From Eledone cirrhosa (taxonomy: Eukaryota): a DNA stretch of 64,000 bases. Under the pieces are notes generated by a model. That model made no database searches, was not told the origin of the DNA, and was given only the letters and a program-made list of their open reading frames with translations. The stretch spans positions 12,152,001 through 12,216,000 of the forward strand of contig OZ024745.1 in the NCBI GenBank assembly GCA_964016885.1. The letters are read 5' to 3'. Numbering within the stretch: the stretch's first letter is position 1; every line of letters begins with the position of its first letter. Below, one piece after another: positions 25,681 through 38,310 of this stretch. A program made the translations under genes and the position numbers.

Positions 25681-26004
25681 AATATTTACGTTATCTGTGT
25701 ATGTTTATTCATATATATATATTGTCATCTTAGCAAATGCTGATGACTCTGTGAATAAGATGGTGATGTGGAGGTACAAGGCACTGGGTGTCTCGTAATG
25801 TCACCATTACTCCACGGGTTCAATAACCAAACATTAGGGTGAACTTTTACCCGTGTAGTCTACACATAGTTAAAATTAAATACATTTTTTGCATGGAACC
25901 CCGTAGGTGCTAATGGAGTCGTATGGGTACTGTTGCGTCATACGGCATGCCTGGGGTATTTTAAACCTGGTGTAGCCCCTCCCCCTCCCCAGGGCTGAAC
26001 ATAA

Positions 26005-26091
<87 letters not shown>

Positions 26092-26300
26092 GAAAAGAGT
26101 CAGAACCCCGACGGCAGAGCTCAAGCCGTTTCGACAGCTATTTCTGGACAGCTATTTGAGTCCAGAAATAGCTGTCGAAATGGCTTGAGCTCTGCCGTCC
26201 GGATTCTGACTCTTTTCCTATTACCCACTCTACTACCCAAAGTATCGAGTACTCTGGTGTGTTATGGTCCACCTGGTTCATTACCACACTTCCTTCGTTA
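26092..26300 (+). mobile_element. Palindrome-plus-tail insertion, family C
   Basis: Palindrome 26092-26217, tail to 26300; same sequence family as 15417-15604. Confidence 0.85.
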
Positions 26301-26689
26301 TATATATAAGAAAGAAAGTACTAAAGCGCAGAAATACTATAAAGATAGCCTATAAAATAGGGTGAGGCTATCTTTATAGTATTTCTGCACTTGAGCACTT
26401 CCTTTATATTTAATAATAATAATAATTAAATAAAACAACGAAGGAAAGGGGGAGGGACAGGCTTTATACCCCAATAGTGATGCCCCACAGACAGAATGGT
26501 AAACGTCACCGAGAAGAGCCAGCAACTCCCGCTACAACAGTCACCCCGCCTCACGGGGCTCCTTCTTCAAGTGAGCTTCTGTCTTTCCAGTTTTACTGAG
26601 GAAATCGGCAGTGGTGGTGGGTGGACACCATTGGTAATTTTAAATGATATGATACGTTAAATAACTTGACATTCTACAACTGAATCTAA

Positions 26690-26915
26690 AAATTGTTTCT
26701 ACATTTGACACAGGGACAGTAATCTAAAGGGAAGGGGGAAAAAGTCGATTAAATCGACCCTAGTGCATTACTGGTACTTTATTTTATCGTCACTGTAAGG
26801 ATGAAAAGCAAAGTTAACCTAGGTGGGATTTGAAGTCAGAACGTAAAGGGCCGTAACTACATGCCACAAAGTATGTTGTCCGATGCTCTACCAAATCTGC
26901 CAATCCGACACCCTG
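26690..26915 (-). mobile_element. S1 SINE
   Basis: Reverse-complement S1 consensus. Confidence 0.8.
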
Positions 26916-27834
26916 CAACTGAATGTAATGAAGAAAATTGTGCTAGAAAAAGAAAACTACTTCGAATGTAGGAAAAGGGTGAAAACGACGACATTTCTAG
27001 ATGAAGAACGAAATTAGAACAGAATTTAATTTATATAGGAATAACATTCGTGTTCAAGAATTAATGATCAGAAACAAAATAAGGGAAATGGATAAATTAG
27101 CTTCGCCAATAAGAAAGGAAAGTTTTACCGGATTAAATTAAAGATAAGTGATGTAAGAAAACTAGACGGAGAAATCAAATTAGGTTTCAAAAAGCACCAA
27201 AAAGCAGAGCCACAAGTAAACACAAATAGATTATATTTATGGAAGCTACAGGATAAATTAATGATGCTTAAAAACTACAATAAAACCACAAGGGAATATT
27301 TTCAGATAATAATATTTATGGATTAATACAAACAACTAAGAAAACTAGAAATACAGTTTAATATATATGAGGTTATTTATGTCATTAAAATATGCTAAAG
27401 AAACACAAATATGGATAATAAATCTTAATGCAAAAGAAAATTAGAAATTCTTGTTCAACAAGTGGTGAAAAACATTGATTTAATAGCAGAAGTTCAGAAA
27501 CATGTGGAGAGTGGACATTAGTTGGTAAGTATAGTACATACTATTGTCTGTTGTGTTCTTGAGCAACTAAGTGATGTTAGAGCTGTAGAATGTGTATATA
27601 TCACATTAACAATTCGTTGTGCATGTATGTATAAACATAGAGCTGAAGAATGTGTATATATCACATTAACATTTATACATGTATGTATAAACTTACTTTT
27701 TCATCTTTGTTACTCAAATATATTATTTCCATAAATAACGACATTTTCAAGGAGAATCACTTCATTTTAAGCATTATAGCAACAATGGGTACACTAATGC
27801 AATCTTCTTAACTTCGATGATAAAACCAACTATA

Positions 27835-27907
<73 letters not shown>

Positions 27908-27913
<6 letters not shown>

Positions 27914-28607
27914 AAGAATTCATATCTAGTAACATATATATACATACAGATGCATATCAATGCTAGCAAATATATAGGTTTTGTCTTAATAACAGTGTGG
28001 TTCAATGCATGGGGTTGCAGAACAATAATATAAGAGACGTAAAATAAGAAAATTATAAAATTAACTTACTTACTAAAATATCACTTCCAACTAATTAGTT
28101 TCTGGAATGGAGTGAATATATTTTCCGAAGAAGATATAGTGAAGCATTACGTCGTCAGGAAAGTCTATTCTCATGTAAGTTTCCAGGCAAAGCGAGGACA
28201 CTGGAAACTTATTAAAAAATAATTCAGTGGATAGGAAATAGCAAAGCGTGGACTGAATTCCAAGCCATTGAGAAAATCACTGCCTCTACGTCTGTGGCAA
28301 ATTCAAAAAGAATCGAACACGTGACAACGAGGTCAATCGGTGGAAAATGGTTTGCTAATAAGACAGCGGCCTGCCTACAACCGTAGCAGCAGTCATGGCC
28401 AATATTGCTCAACAAATAATTTGGAGATAATAATAAAGAATTCATATCTAGTAACATATATATACATACAGATGCATATCAATGCTAGCAAATATATAGG
28501 TTTTGTCTTAATAACAGTGTGGTTCAATGCATGGGGTTGCAGAACAATAATATAAGAGACGTAAAATAAGAAAATTAAAAATTAACTTACTTACTAAAAT
28601 ATCACTT

Positions 28608-28610
<3 letters not shown>
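27908..28610 (-). mobile_element. Non-autonomous retrozyme-like or mini-PLE element with ~180-bp direct repeats, in (TA)n
   Basis: 27908-28089 is repeated at ~28430-28610. A minus-strand HHR spans the junction. No credible ORF. Confidence 0.8.
28084..28163 (-). ncRNA. Type I hammerhead ribozyme candidate
   Basis: Minus strand: ctttc-CTGACGA-(long imperfect stem II ...cattcca)-GAAA-ctaattag-TT-ggaag. Confidence 0.65.
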
Positions 28611-28665
<55 letters not shown>

Positions 28666-28667
<2 letters not shown>

Positions 28668-29027
28668 CCAAAGATTAATATGGTTCATTGATTACTCAAT
28701 GAATATAGTTTTACAATTGATTAAAAGCACTCTACAAAAAAGTTTTCTGGAGTTATTATTATTCAGAATAATAATAGATGAAGACATTCACATAATCAAA
28801 ATATGTTTTATTATATATATTTCGAAGGTGCTGTGGTGTTTTTTCAGTACGTCATCGTCAGATAAAGGTCTTGATGGTTCAATTGAACCATCAAGACGGT
28901 TGAGGTTATGTCATACATCAATTCATGTATTTTATCTGACGAGGACGTACTGAAAAAACAGAACAGTACCTTCGAAATATATATAATAAAACATATTTTG
29001 ATTATGTGAATGTCTTCATTTATTATT

Positions 29028-29032
<5 letters not shown>
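28666..29032 (-). mobile_element. Inverted-repeat-plus-tail insertion with an HHR in both arms
   Basis: Arms ~28763-28866 and ~28931-29032, tail on the left. Central mini-palindrome gtcttgatggttcaattgaaccatcaagac. Confidence 0.8.
28930..28991 (+). ncRNA. Minimal type I hammerhead ribozyme with canonical core (antisense copy at 28806-28866)
   Basis: ttttat-CTGACGA-ggacgtactg..cagtaccttc-GAAA-tatata-TA-ataaaa. Confidence 0.72.
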
Positions 29033-29114
<82 letters not shown>

Positions 29115-29365
29115 GTTTTTATCTCAGTTTCACAATCACCACCGACGAATGCGAGAAAGTTCTCCAGGAAAGTTAACCAGGAATCTTTAAAATTCTTCCC
29201 ACTGAAGTTAACAAAGAACTTACTAGATCTACCAACTCATAATATTATAATATTATAAAATTAAATCAAATTGTTTAGAACAAGTGAAGTCATTCTTTTC
29301 CTTTTTTCAAATATACCTAACTGTACCAAGGATTTCACACATTTTCCACAATATATATATATACA

Positions 29366-29403
<38 letters not shown>

Positions 29404-30259
29404 AGGTTTAGTAAAATCGAAGCTTCGGCTGTAGCCAAGCCAACGAGATACAATGAGGAATTGTGCAGCCAAGCACTCAAGGAATCTCAGAGTAATAACA
29501 TTCGTTAGACGGCATGACAAATTGAAAACTGTGGCTGGCAAGCCCAGTCATGACACCGAAGCAACGAGAAAACCAACAGGTTAATAAAACAAACCTGGAC
29601 CTTCTCAGAGGCAGATCGTCGTTTCTCCGATAGGTTTCTATGATCCCAACATCAACAATCCTACTTGCGCAAGTATGCAAGTTTTTGATGTTTGAAGACC
29701 GAACTGAGGATTCATGTTATCAACAGGTTTCCGTTCTGTGCCTATATATATATATTTACCTATACTGCGCTTCTGTTTTTTTCTCTCTCTCTCTTACTGC
29801 TCCCTCTGTTTCTCCTACTTTCTTTCGCCCCCTCTGTCATGTCCGTTAACTCTTCCTCACACTTCCACTCACTCACTCACTGTTTCTCCTCTTCTCACTT
29901 CACCCCGTTCGCGACGAAATCATTTTCTCTCTCACTCACATTTGAATTCGCTGCTGAAAGGTCTATTTTCTAAGCGCTCATATATTCACCTAGCTTACGC
30001 TAACAGAATAACTATGAAGCTTGTCTCCTTCTTTCTACGGTTAGCTATCCTCTTTGTTGTTATCTCGTCTCACTCGCTTTACGCGTTTTAATTGTCCTAA
30101 TAACTTAATTTAGTTATTATTGCACCGACGTGGGGTATATGATTTTTAATGCAATGAAATATCTATGATCGTCGGCAAATCACTGATGAGGGACTTATAT
30201 TATTTTATTACATGTTATCCATGTGCAACCAGCAGTATTCTTCTCCCCATTTTTTCACG

Positions 30260-30290
<31 letters not shown>

Positions 30291-30574
30291 CGTTGCCTAT
30301 CAAGCAGATTGAGATCGTGGAAACTGTTATAACAGTCCTGGTGCCATCTTACCGACACGAAGTCGCCTTCCTAACTGATTAACGAAAGTGTCCACTCTGG
30401 TCAGCTGGGTTTCACATTAGTTGTCCGTCGAGTGAGTGAGGAAACAGCCGAAGTTATGTCTGTTTACTTGCTTCGTCTCCTAAGTATGTGTGCGTGTGTG
30501 TTAAATCGGAGGTAACCGCAGTAAATAAGGTACTCAATACATTAGTAGAGTGAGGACATCATTATTTAATGTAA

Positions 30575-30779
30575 GAAGGGCGGTGGATCGGCAGTATCGG
30601 TAGAAGGTCGAACGCCATGCTTTGCAGCATAGAGTTACGCCCCTTTATGGACTGAGTTCAAATCCCGCCGAGGTTAACTTTGCCTTTCATTCTTACGGAG
30701 TCGATAAAATATAGTACCAGTAATGCACTGGGATAATTGCTGGCCTTGTGCCAAAAATAGAAACAATTATTTAATGTAA
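30575..30779 (+). mobile_element. S1 SINE with a 14-bp target-site duplication
   Basis: attatttaatgtaa at 30561-30574 and again at 30766-30779. Confidence 0.85.
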
Positions 30780-30889
30780 AAATGGATTCTAAAGGACTAG
30801 AACCTTTTCATTCGTATGAAACTATCAGCATTACTAATGATTTTATACGAATAAATCAGTTCTAATCCTGTAGAAGCCATTCCTATATT

Positions 30890-30960
<71 letters not shown>

Positions 30961-32049
30961 GGAGGTATGTATATGTATATGTATATATCCGTAACCCCTG
31001 ATGGAGTCGTAGGGGCACTGTAGTGATACACAATATGTCTTGGACATGTTTAAAACCAGACGGACCGACCCTATGTCTTCCGGAGAAGGAGAGAGAAAGT
31101 TTGAGAGAGGGCGATATAGAAAAAGTGAGTAAAAATATAGAGGAACTGGACTGGTACATTTTTTATCGACCTCGAAAGGAAAGAAAATCAACCACGTTTA
31201 TACCTTAAAACATCAAGATAAATGACAATCTTGAAGCCAATATACAGACTAGGGTGAAATGATATAGCAGCAATATAAAAGATACAATTTACTGTAGATA
31301 AGTAATCTAAAGTAAGATTTAAAATAAGGCTATCAAATACAAAAGAATTACATTTCCTAGATTATTTGAAGCATTGTCATTCTGAAAGCAAAAATACAAT
31401 TATTTGTGAACTGAATAATTCGAAATGAAAAGTTAATATTAAACCGCAAATTCGTTATGACACGCAGAGAAATCGTAGCGAAAAGATGGGCAGGTTGTGA
31501 CATTCAACTAAGAAAGAATTTCTGACAGTGAAGAAGCTTCTAGTGATTGTTGATGTGGGGTTGCGTCTTGTGAGTATAATTTTTTTCAACACGCGACATA
31601 CTAATGTTCTTATAAAATACATCCATTTAAACTGTAACTTCTGTATTCGGAATTAAGTCTAGAATGTGAGACTTTCATGTTTGTGAACATTATAATATAA
31701 ATATATTGATTTCAAGATATTTCAAAATATATTGAGGTACAAGACCATCAACTTGACTGGGACTTTATTTTATCGACACCAGAAGAAGAAAGGAGAAAGT
31801 GAAATGAGAGCATAGAAGTTGTAACTAGATACCACAAAGTATGTTGTCCGACGCTCTACCCATTCTGCCAATGCGCCGTACTTGTTAATATGTATGTTAC
31901 AAACAGATTGTACTGACTATTTAAATTGTATATATTGTATATATTGTATATATTTTATCTGAATCATAGTACTTCATTTAAATAGATAACCCCTTATAGA
32001 AAGTTCTAATAAAGTAAAGTTCATGTGCAGCTCCTCTGTTTACTTGGTA

Positions 32050-32690
32050 TGGTTCCATAACTTCTGAGGCAGTCGTAGGGGAACCATATTCCACTAGCAT
32101 GTTACTAGGGCATTTCTAAACCTGTTGGAGCCCCTCTTCTCTTCCAGAGAACGATAGAAAGTGAGAGAATAGAAGTGAGAAAGAGATACAGAGAAAGAAC
32201 CAAGCCCAGTACTAGACTGTTGCTTTTTTATAGACCTCGGAAGAATGAAAGGTAAAGTTAACCTTAGAGAACCGAAACGAATACCACCAAGTATTCTATC
32301 TGACGTTCTAACCACTCTACTATTCTATCTGACGTTCTAACCACTCTACCATTCTATCTGACGTTCTAACCACTCTACCATTCTATCTGACGTTCTAACC
32401 ACTCTACCATTCTATCTGACGTTCTAACAACTCTACCATTCTATCTGACGTTCTAACAACTCTACCATTCTATCTGACATTCTAACCACTCTACCATTCT
32501 ATATGACGTTCTAACAACCACTCTACCATTCTATCTGATGTTCTAACAACTCTACCATTCTATCTGACGTTCTAACCACTCTACCATTCTATCTGACGTT
32601 CTAACCACTCCGCCATTCTATCTGACGTTCTAACAACTCTACCATTCTATCTGACGTTTTGACGACTCTGTCAACACGCCGCTCCTGACA
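32050..32690 (-). mobile_element. Diverged SINE whose head region is tandemly amplified (29-bp unit, ~32290-32660)
   Basis: Unit attctatctgacgttctaaccactctacc (reverse complement ggtagagtggttagaacgtcagatagaat) lies between the SINE head and body. Confidence 0.65.
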
Positions 32691-33337
32691 TTGAAAATAT
32701 GATCGTTTCAGTAACTTTACTTCACACCGAGAATCTTAAACAGCCAGATTTTCAGGAAGTTTCCCTTATGTTCCCTCATTGTATATTCCCATCATATCCC
32801 AGAAACTACGTAGTCTGAATGTCATTGAACCTCTTAATGTTACAATCTCATTCTATACATCGTTACTCTTTTACTCTTTTACCTGTTTCAGCCATCCGGC
32901 TGAGGCCATGCTGGGGCACCGCCCTTACATTAACTTTTCAAATCTATTACTCTTAATCTCACTGTTAACAAACGATTTAACACGAGCTGATAAAGCTGAC
33001 TTTCAAACGGAAAACAGTTGAGAAAGAAATCCCAATATTGATGGAGGTTGAAAGTTTAATTCTATTTTAATATTAACTCAATAGTGAAAGTATTTGAAGA
33101 TGGTTATATATATATTTATTTATGGCAGAATGGAGATGATCATCTTCAACATATGAGATCTATCAACATGTTATGAGTCATGATAGACATCCTCCTCAAA
33201 AGGAAATGGAGACTTAACAGTATGAAAGAACGGGATGTCAAGAAAGTAAATCTAAGTTAAAATATCGTCAATCCATACACATACGATAAAATAAAGTATA
33301 ATCAATTAAAAAGAATGGACATTGGAAGATAGATACA

Positions 33338-33374
<37 letters not shown>

Positions 33375-33384
<10 letters not shown>

Positions 33385-33940
33385 TGAGGATGTCTGTCTG
33401 TGTGTGAGTTTGAATCCCTAAAACTAGAGAAGCACCCAACCGACTGTTTTTAAATTTTACACATGTAATACTTATGTTTCATGGAGTGTTCTGAGCAAAA
33501 CAAAATTCAAATTTCCAATGCCCTAGTGACCGCATTAGGCGATTTAGCGATATCTCTCTATAATTCTTAGTCTTTCTCTTTTTAGACAGATACATTCATA
33601 TAACGTCGCGCCCTTATAATATCTGTCTGCATTACGTCACTTCCTACAATTCGCTCTGCGTCCAGAACGCGCCCTTATAACATCTGTCTGTATGTCTGGC
33701 TGTCTGCTGCCTCCGGTTATTCCGCCACCCTTGCTCAAGACAAATCTCACACTCATTCTCCAAACAGTTGGTAAGTGCACACAACTTCTTCCTCACGTTT
33801 TAAACCACAGTGTCGCTTACTTACGTACCACCAGACCCTTACTTCTTTGCCAGCTGTGGTTGTGGCAATACTAAGCTTAGCTAAGGAGGTTATATATTTC
33901 ACAATACCTTATCCCGTGTAACGCCGGGTACCACTGCTAG
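33375..33940 (+). mobile_element. Non-autonomous Helitron
   Basis: 5' tatatataaaac..tgtctgtctg and caaccgactgtttttaaattttacac; 3' GC hairpin cccg-tgtaacgc-cggg followed by terminal CTAG and then T. Confidence 0.7.
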
Positions 33941-33979
33941 TATATATATATATATGTTATTCTTCACTCTTTCAAAATT

Positions 33980-34288
33980 ATTACTCCAAGATAAACTTAC
34001 ATAGGAATTTCCGAGAAATCACAAACTCGCCACCTACGGAAAACCCTTGCTGAGTCACTTTCGAGCTGACTTTTGGGAGGCCTTCGTAAAGACCTGAAGA
34101 TCCGTTTCTTTTCTTCGTTGCTGTAGTGGAGTCTGCGCTGCTGTACGGGTCTGAGACTTGGACACTGACCAAGAAACTCACCCAGAAGGTGGATGGGTGC
34201 TACACGAGAATGCTGAGGATGGCTCTGAACATTAATCAGTATACACTGAGGATGAAGAACTCAGAGATATACGGGAGCCTCCCAAAAG

Positions 34289-34290
<2 letters not shown>
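33980..34290 (+). pseudogene. RTE-like LINE RT C-terminal fragment with an inverted continuation
   Basis: + strand VESALLYGSETWTLTKK..DGCYTRMLRMALN..YGSLPKV. The - strand piece near 34040-34095 encodes YEGLPKVSSKVT. Confidence 0.65.
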
Positions 34291-34371
<81 letters not shown>

Positions 34372-34379
<8 letters not shown>

Positions 34380-34873
34380 ATTGAGGTTGGTAATGGCACA
34401 TGGAATATATAAGAGACAGAATACTTTTTTGTGAAAAAACATATAATTTTATAAGGTAAGGAAATAATAAAGGGTATAAAAAATGACCGGTTTAGATGGG
34501 TCTGCAAAAGCCATCTTTTCAAATGTTGATTAATATTAAGAAAAATTAATAATACGAAGAGTTAAAATTTGAGATTTGAAAATTCAAGTATAAAATTCAT
34601 TGTGGGATTTCATAGTAGTTTTCATCTAGGTAGCAACAACAGGTTGACTGCTGTGTCCCTTTCTGGTAGTGAATGAGAAGTTATTTGGGGTGTGGGTTAT
34701 TTTATAAAGGTCAGATTTAGCAATGGCCAACTGGCCAGCTGCTGGTCAGTGAGAGGGTGGAAGCAATATACATACACATATCTTCCTGTGGTGGGTAGGA
34801 GAGTGGAGTGTGATAGAAAGGGATTTAGTGCACTTACACCTATATATACACACATCCCTTCATCCACACATAC

Positions 34874-34906
<33 letters not shown>

Positions 34907-34991
34907 TATATATATATACATATACACACATACATACACACACACATACATATACATACACACATACACACACACACACATATATACACAT

Positions 34992-35034
<43 letters not shown>

Positions 35035-35099
35035 TATATATACATACACATACATGCAGATACACACATACATACACACACACACACACATATATATAT

Positions 35100-35149
<50 letters not shown>

Positions 35150-35259
35150 CCACACACATACATACACACACACACACATATATATATACATACACACATA
35201 CAAACATACACACATATATATACACATACACACACATATATATACACACACACACACGC

Positions 35260-35290
<31 letters not shown>

Positions 35291-36365
35291 CGCATACATC
35301 CAGATACACACATACATACACACACACACACACACGCACACACAATACATACATCCACATGCACACACATACACACATACACACACCCACACATATGCAC
35401 ATACATACACCCACACACAGAGAAATGGCCTCCAAATATATATATATATACATACAGACACATATATTTTTTCCATAATATAAGAAGTTGGGACAGTGAA
35501 ATTAAAATACAAGTCATTCTGATCACATTGGGTTCTTCATGTAGATTGGGCCCCGCAACCGACAGTGGTGAATTCTGTGTGCGCATATATATATAGAGAT
35601 ATATGTGTGTGCACGTGCAGGGTTTAACATGGATGTGTTGGTCACACAAAGGCATGGTCTGTCAACGAATAAACCTGATTCTACAGAATTGGTCTCTGGT
35701 CTTTAATAGTAGTGATTCCGTGCGTATGTGTGTTTATATTTTATGACAATTCTATTGGGGTGATAACCCGTTTAGTTTAGGTTTAAATTTTTTTAAGGAA
35801 TAGATTTTCTTTGTTTATTCTTTGTTGCTGTGTGAACGAATCTGAGCACTTGTAGAAGGGGAAGATTTTAAAGTTGGGTAGTGTCATTCCTGCGCAGTTC
35901 GCGATATGGCTGCTCAAGGGGATTTTTCTTGTGTTAGCGTCCCGGATTTGTTGGCGGTGGATGGTCATTCTTTTGCGTAATGAGGTGCCCGTCTGTCCTA
36001 TGTAGTTGTGTTTGCACCCACCGCAAATTATTGCGTAAATCAAGTTCTCCGAGTTGCAGGTGAAATTGTTTTTTACTGTAAATGTTTGGCCATCTTTGAA
36101 TGTAAATGTTTGTCCTTCAGTGAGGTAGAGGCACGTTCCACAGTTTGTTCTACCACATTTGGTAACTGTAGGGTTGAGGATTGGTTTGGGTATATTTGGT
36201 CCAGTGAGAATGGATATATACCCTTTATTATACCCTTTATTATTTCCTTACCTTATAAAATTATATGTTTTTTCACAAAAAAGTATTCTGTCTCTTATAT
36301 ATTCCATGTGCCATTACCAACCTCAATTTTCTCTATAACCTTCGTTTTGTGTAGAAAATTACACT

Positions 36366-36370
<5 letters not shown>
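34372..36370 (-). mobile_element. Second 5'-truncated Penelope-like element (Neptune-like endonuclease) with an inverted terminal copy
   Basis: GIY-YIG fragment on the - strand. 34375-34477 is repeated in inverted orientation at ~36229-36332. A CA/TA microsatellite lies inside the 3' UTR. Degenerate HHR-like motif at 34480-34525 (gatgg..ccatc-taaa-ccgg-TC). Confidence 0.8.
35765..36170 (-). pseudogene. PLE GIY-YIG endonuclease fragment
   Basis: KCGRTNCGTC..FTCNSENLIYAIICGGCKHNYIGQTGTSLRKRMTIH..RINKENLFLKK, with a frameshift near the end. Confidence 0.82.
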
Positions 36371-36434
<64 letters not shown>

Positions 36435-36437
<3 letters not shown>

Positions 36438-38049
36438 TGGCCCGCAAAAGTTTACAACACATTAGGAAAAATGCGGTTTCAGGTATTTATAATAAAGTTA
36501 CGGTAATGAAAATTTAACTACTGATAGAACATATAATGAGGCATTTAATGATACAATCATATTTTTAAAAAGATAACAAGGAAATAACTCATGAAGAGAA
36601 ATCAATATTTTTATAACGCAAAAGTTTACAACACATTTATTAAATCATCTCTTAATATTTCGTAGCGTAACCTTTGTTGCTAATTACAGCCTGTGGGCAT
36701 TTGGAGTAGCCTCCTACAAACTTCTTGCATGTTTCTTGTCTAATATTTTTCTATTCTTCACAACAAATTTTCTTTAGTTCAGGGATGTTTTGGGGTTTCC
36801 TTTTTTGATTTCTGAGTTTCAGTTCTCTCCACAAATTTTCGATCGGGTTAAGATCTGGACACTGACTTGGCCATTTTAGAACATTTATTCCATTCGTACT
36901 TAACCAAGATTGTGTTAGCTTTGCAGTATGCTCTGGATCATTATCTTGTTGAAAAAAACCAACCTGGCTTTAAGCTGAGAGAATGTGCACTTTGATGTAA
37001 ATTCCTTTGCAAAATACCTCTATATTAAGCGCCATCCATTTTCCTTCTATTATTTCAATATTTCCTACACCTGTGGCACTAAAGCAACCCAAGACCATGA
37101 TTGATCCACCTCCAAATTTTACAGTTGGAATAGTATTCTTTGGCGAATATTCAGTACCTTTCTTTCTCCAGACTTTTGCCACAGCATTTCGACCAAAAAG
37201 TTCAATTTTTGTTTCGTCCGACCAAAGTACATCTTCCCAAAATGACGCAGGTTTGATGAGATGCTCATTTGCAAAGTTTAATCAACGAACAACTTGTTTC
37301 CTCGTAAGAAGTGGTGTTTTCCTTGGAGATCTCGAGAAGATATCATATCGACGAAGTGAACGACTAATTGTATCTGAGCTCACTTTTACTCCACTTCCTT
37401 CTAGGTCATCCTGAAGATTTTTAAGAATACACCGGGGTTCGTTGCCAACCTTTCTCATCAATAACCGAGCTGCACATTCCGTTATCTTTCTAGGACGACC
37501 AGAACTAATTAGAGGACAGATGGAATGATGAGATTTCCAGTGACGAATTATAGTACCTACTGAACTCAATGGCACATTTAACTGACAAGATATCTTTCTA
37601 TAACCAACACCGTTTGTATGAAGGTCTACAATGCGTTTACGGAGGTCTTGATCAATCAGTTTATTTTTCCCCATATTGTCAATGTTTACAGGACGGTTGT
37701 CAATGTTTACAGGAGGGTTGTCAGACAAATAATGACGTAATGTTTTTAATAGTCCTTAGAAGTTACCTTAAACCTAATCTAGAACATTCTACTGAAATTT
37801 AAATCTGAAATTTTAAGAATTTTCTTGAAAAGAAAGCGATAAATATAGAATGTGTTGTAAACTTTTGCGTTATAAAAATATTGATTTTTCTTCATTAGTT
37901 ATTTCCGTTATTTTTTTTAAAATATGATTGTATCATTAAATGCCTCACTATATGTTCTATCAGTAGTTAAATTTTCATTACCCAAACTTTATTCAAAATA
38001 CCTAAAACCGCATTTTTCCTCATGTGTTGTAAACTTTTGTGGGGCACTG
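36435..38049 (-). mobile_element. Full-length Tc1-family DNA transposon (IR/DR type), inserted at TA
   Basis: Ends TA-CAGTG...CACTG-TA. ~200-bp inverted repeats, each with two aaaagtttacaacacat direct repeats. Confidence 0.95.
36652..37674 (-). pseudogene. Tc1 DDE transposase, disrupted
   Basis: MGKNKLIDQDLRKRIVDLH..GYRKIS paired-like HTH; motifs [40 protein letters not shown]-terminus GYATKY*. Contains stops and frameshifts. Confidence 0.92.
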
Positions 38050-38059
38050 TATATATATA

Positions 38060-38310
38060 TAGGAAAATGTATTACCCCGACGGCAGAGCTCAAGCCGTTT
38101 CGATGGCTATTTCTGGACTAAAATAGAATTTTTTTATTTTAAAGTGAAAAAAAAAAAGAAAATTCTATTTTAGTCTAGAAATAGCCGTCGAAACGGCTTG
38201 AGCTCTGCCGTCGGAGTCATACATTTTCCTATTACCCACTCTACTACCCTAAGTGTTGAGTACTCTGGTGCGTTATGGTCCATCTGGTTCCTTACTACAA
38301 CTCCTTCGTT
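38060..38310 (+). mobile_element. Palindrome-plus-tail insertion, family C
   Basis: Palindrome 38060-38231, tail to 38310. Confidence 0.85.

Noticed and set aside
26940-27500. AT-rich stretch with faint R4-like peptides (DVRKLD, NTNRLYL)
   Set aside because: Too degenerate to support without an alignment search.
30120-30230. CTGATGA at 30183 with a nearby GAAA as a possible hammerhead
   Set aside because: Stems II and III cannot be formed convincingly; at most a decayed relic.
32745-32825. GAAA-ctacgtag-TC motif identical to that at 24185
   Set aside because: No CTGANGA, no inverted arm and no TA flanks; too little to call.
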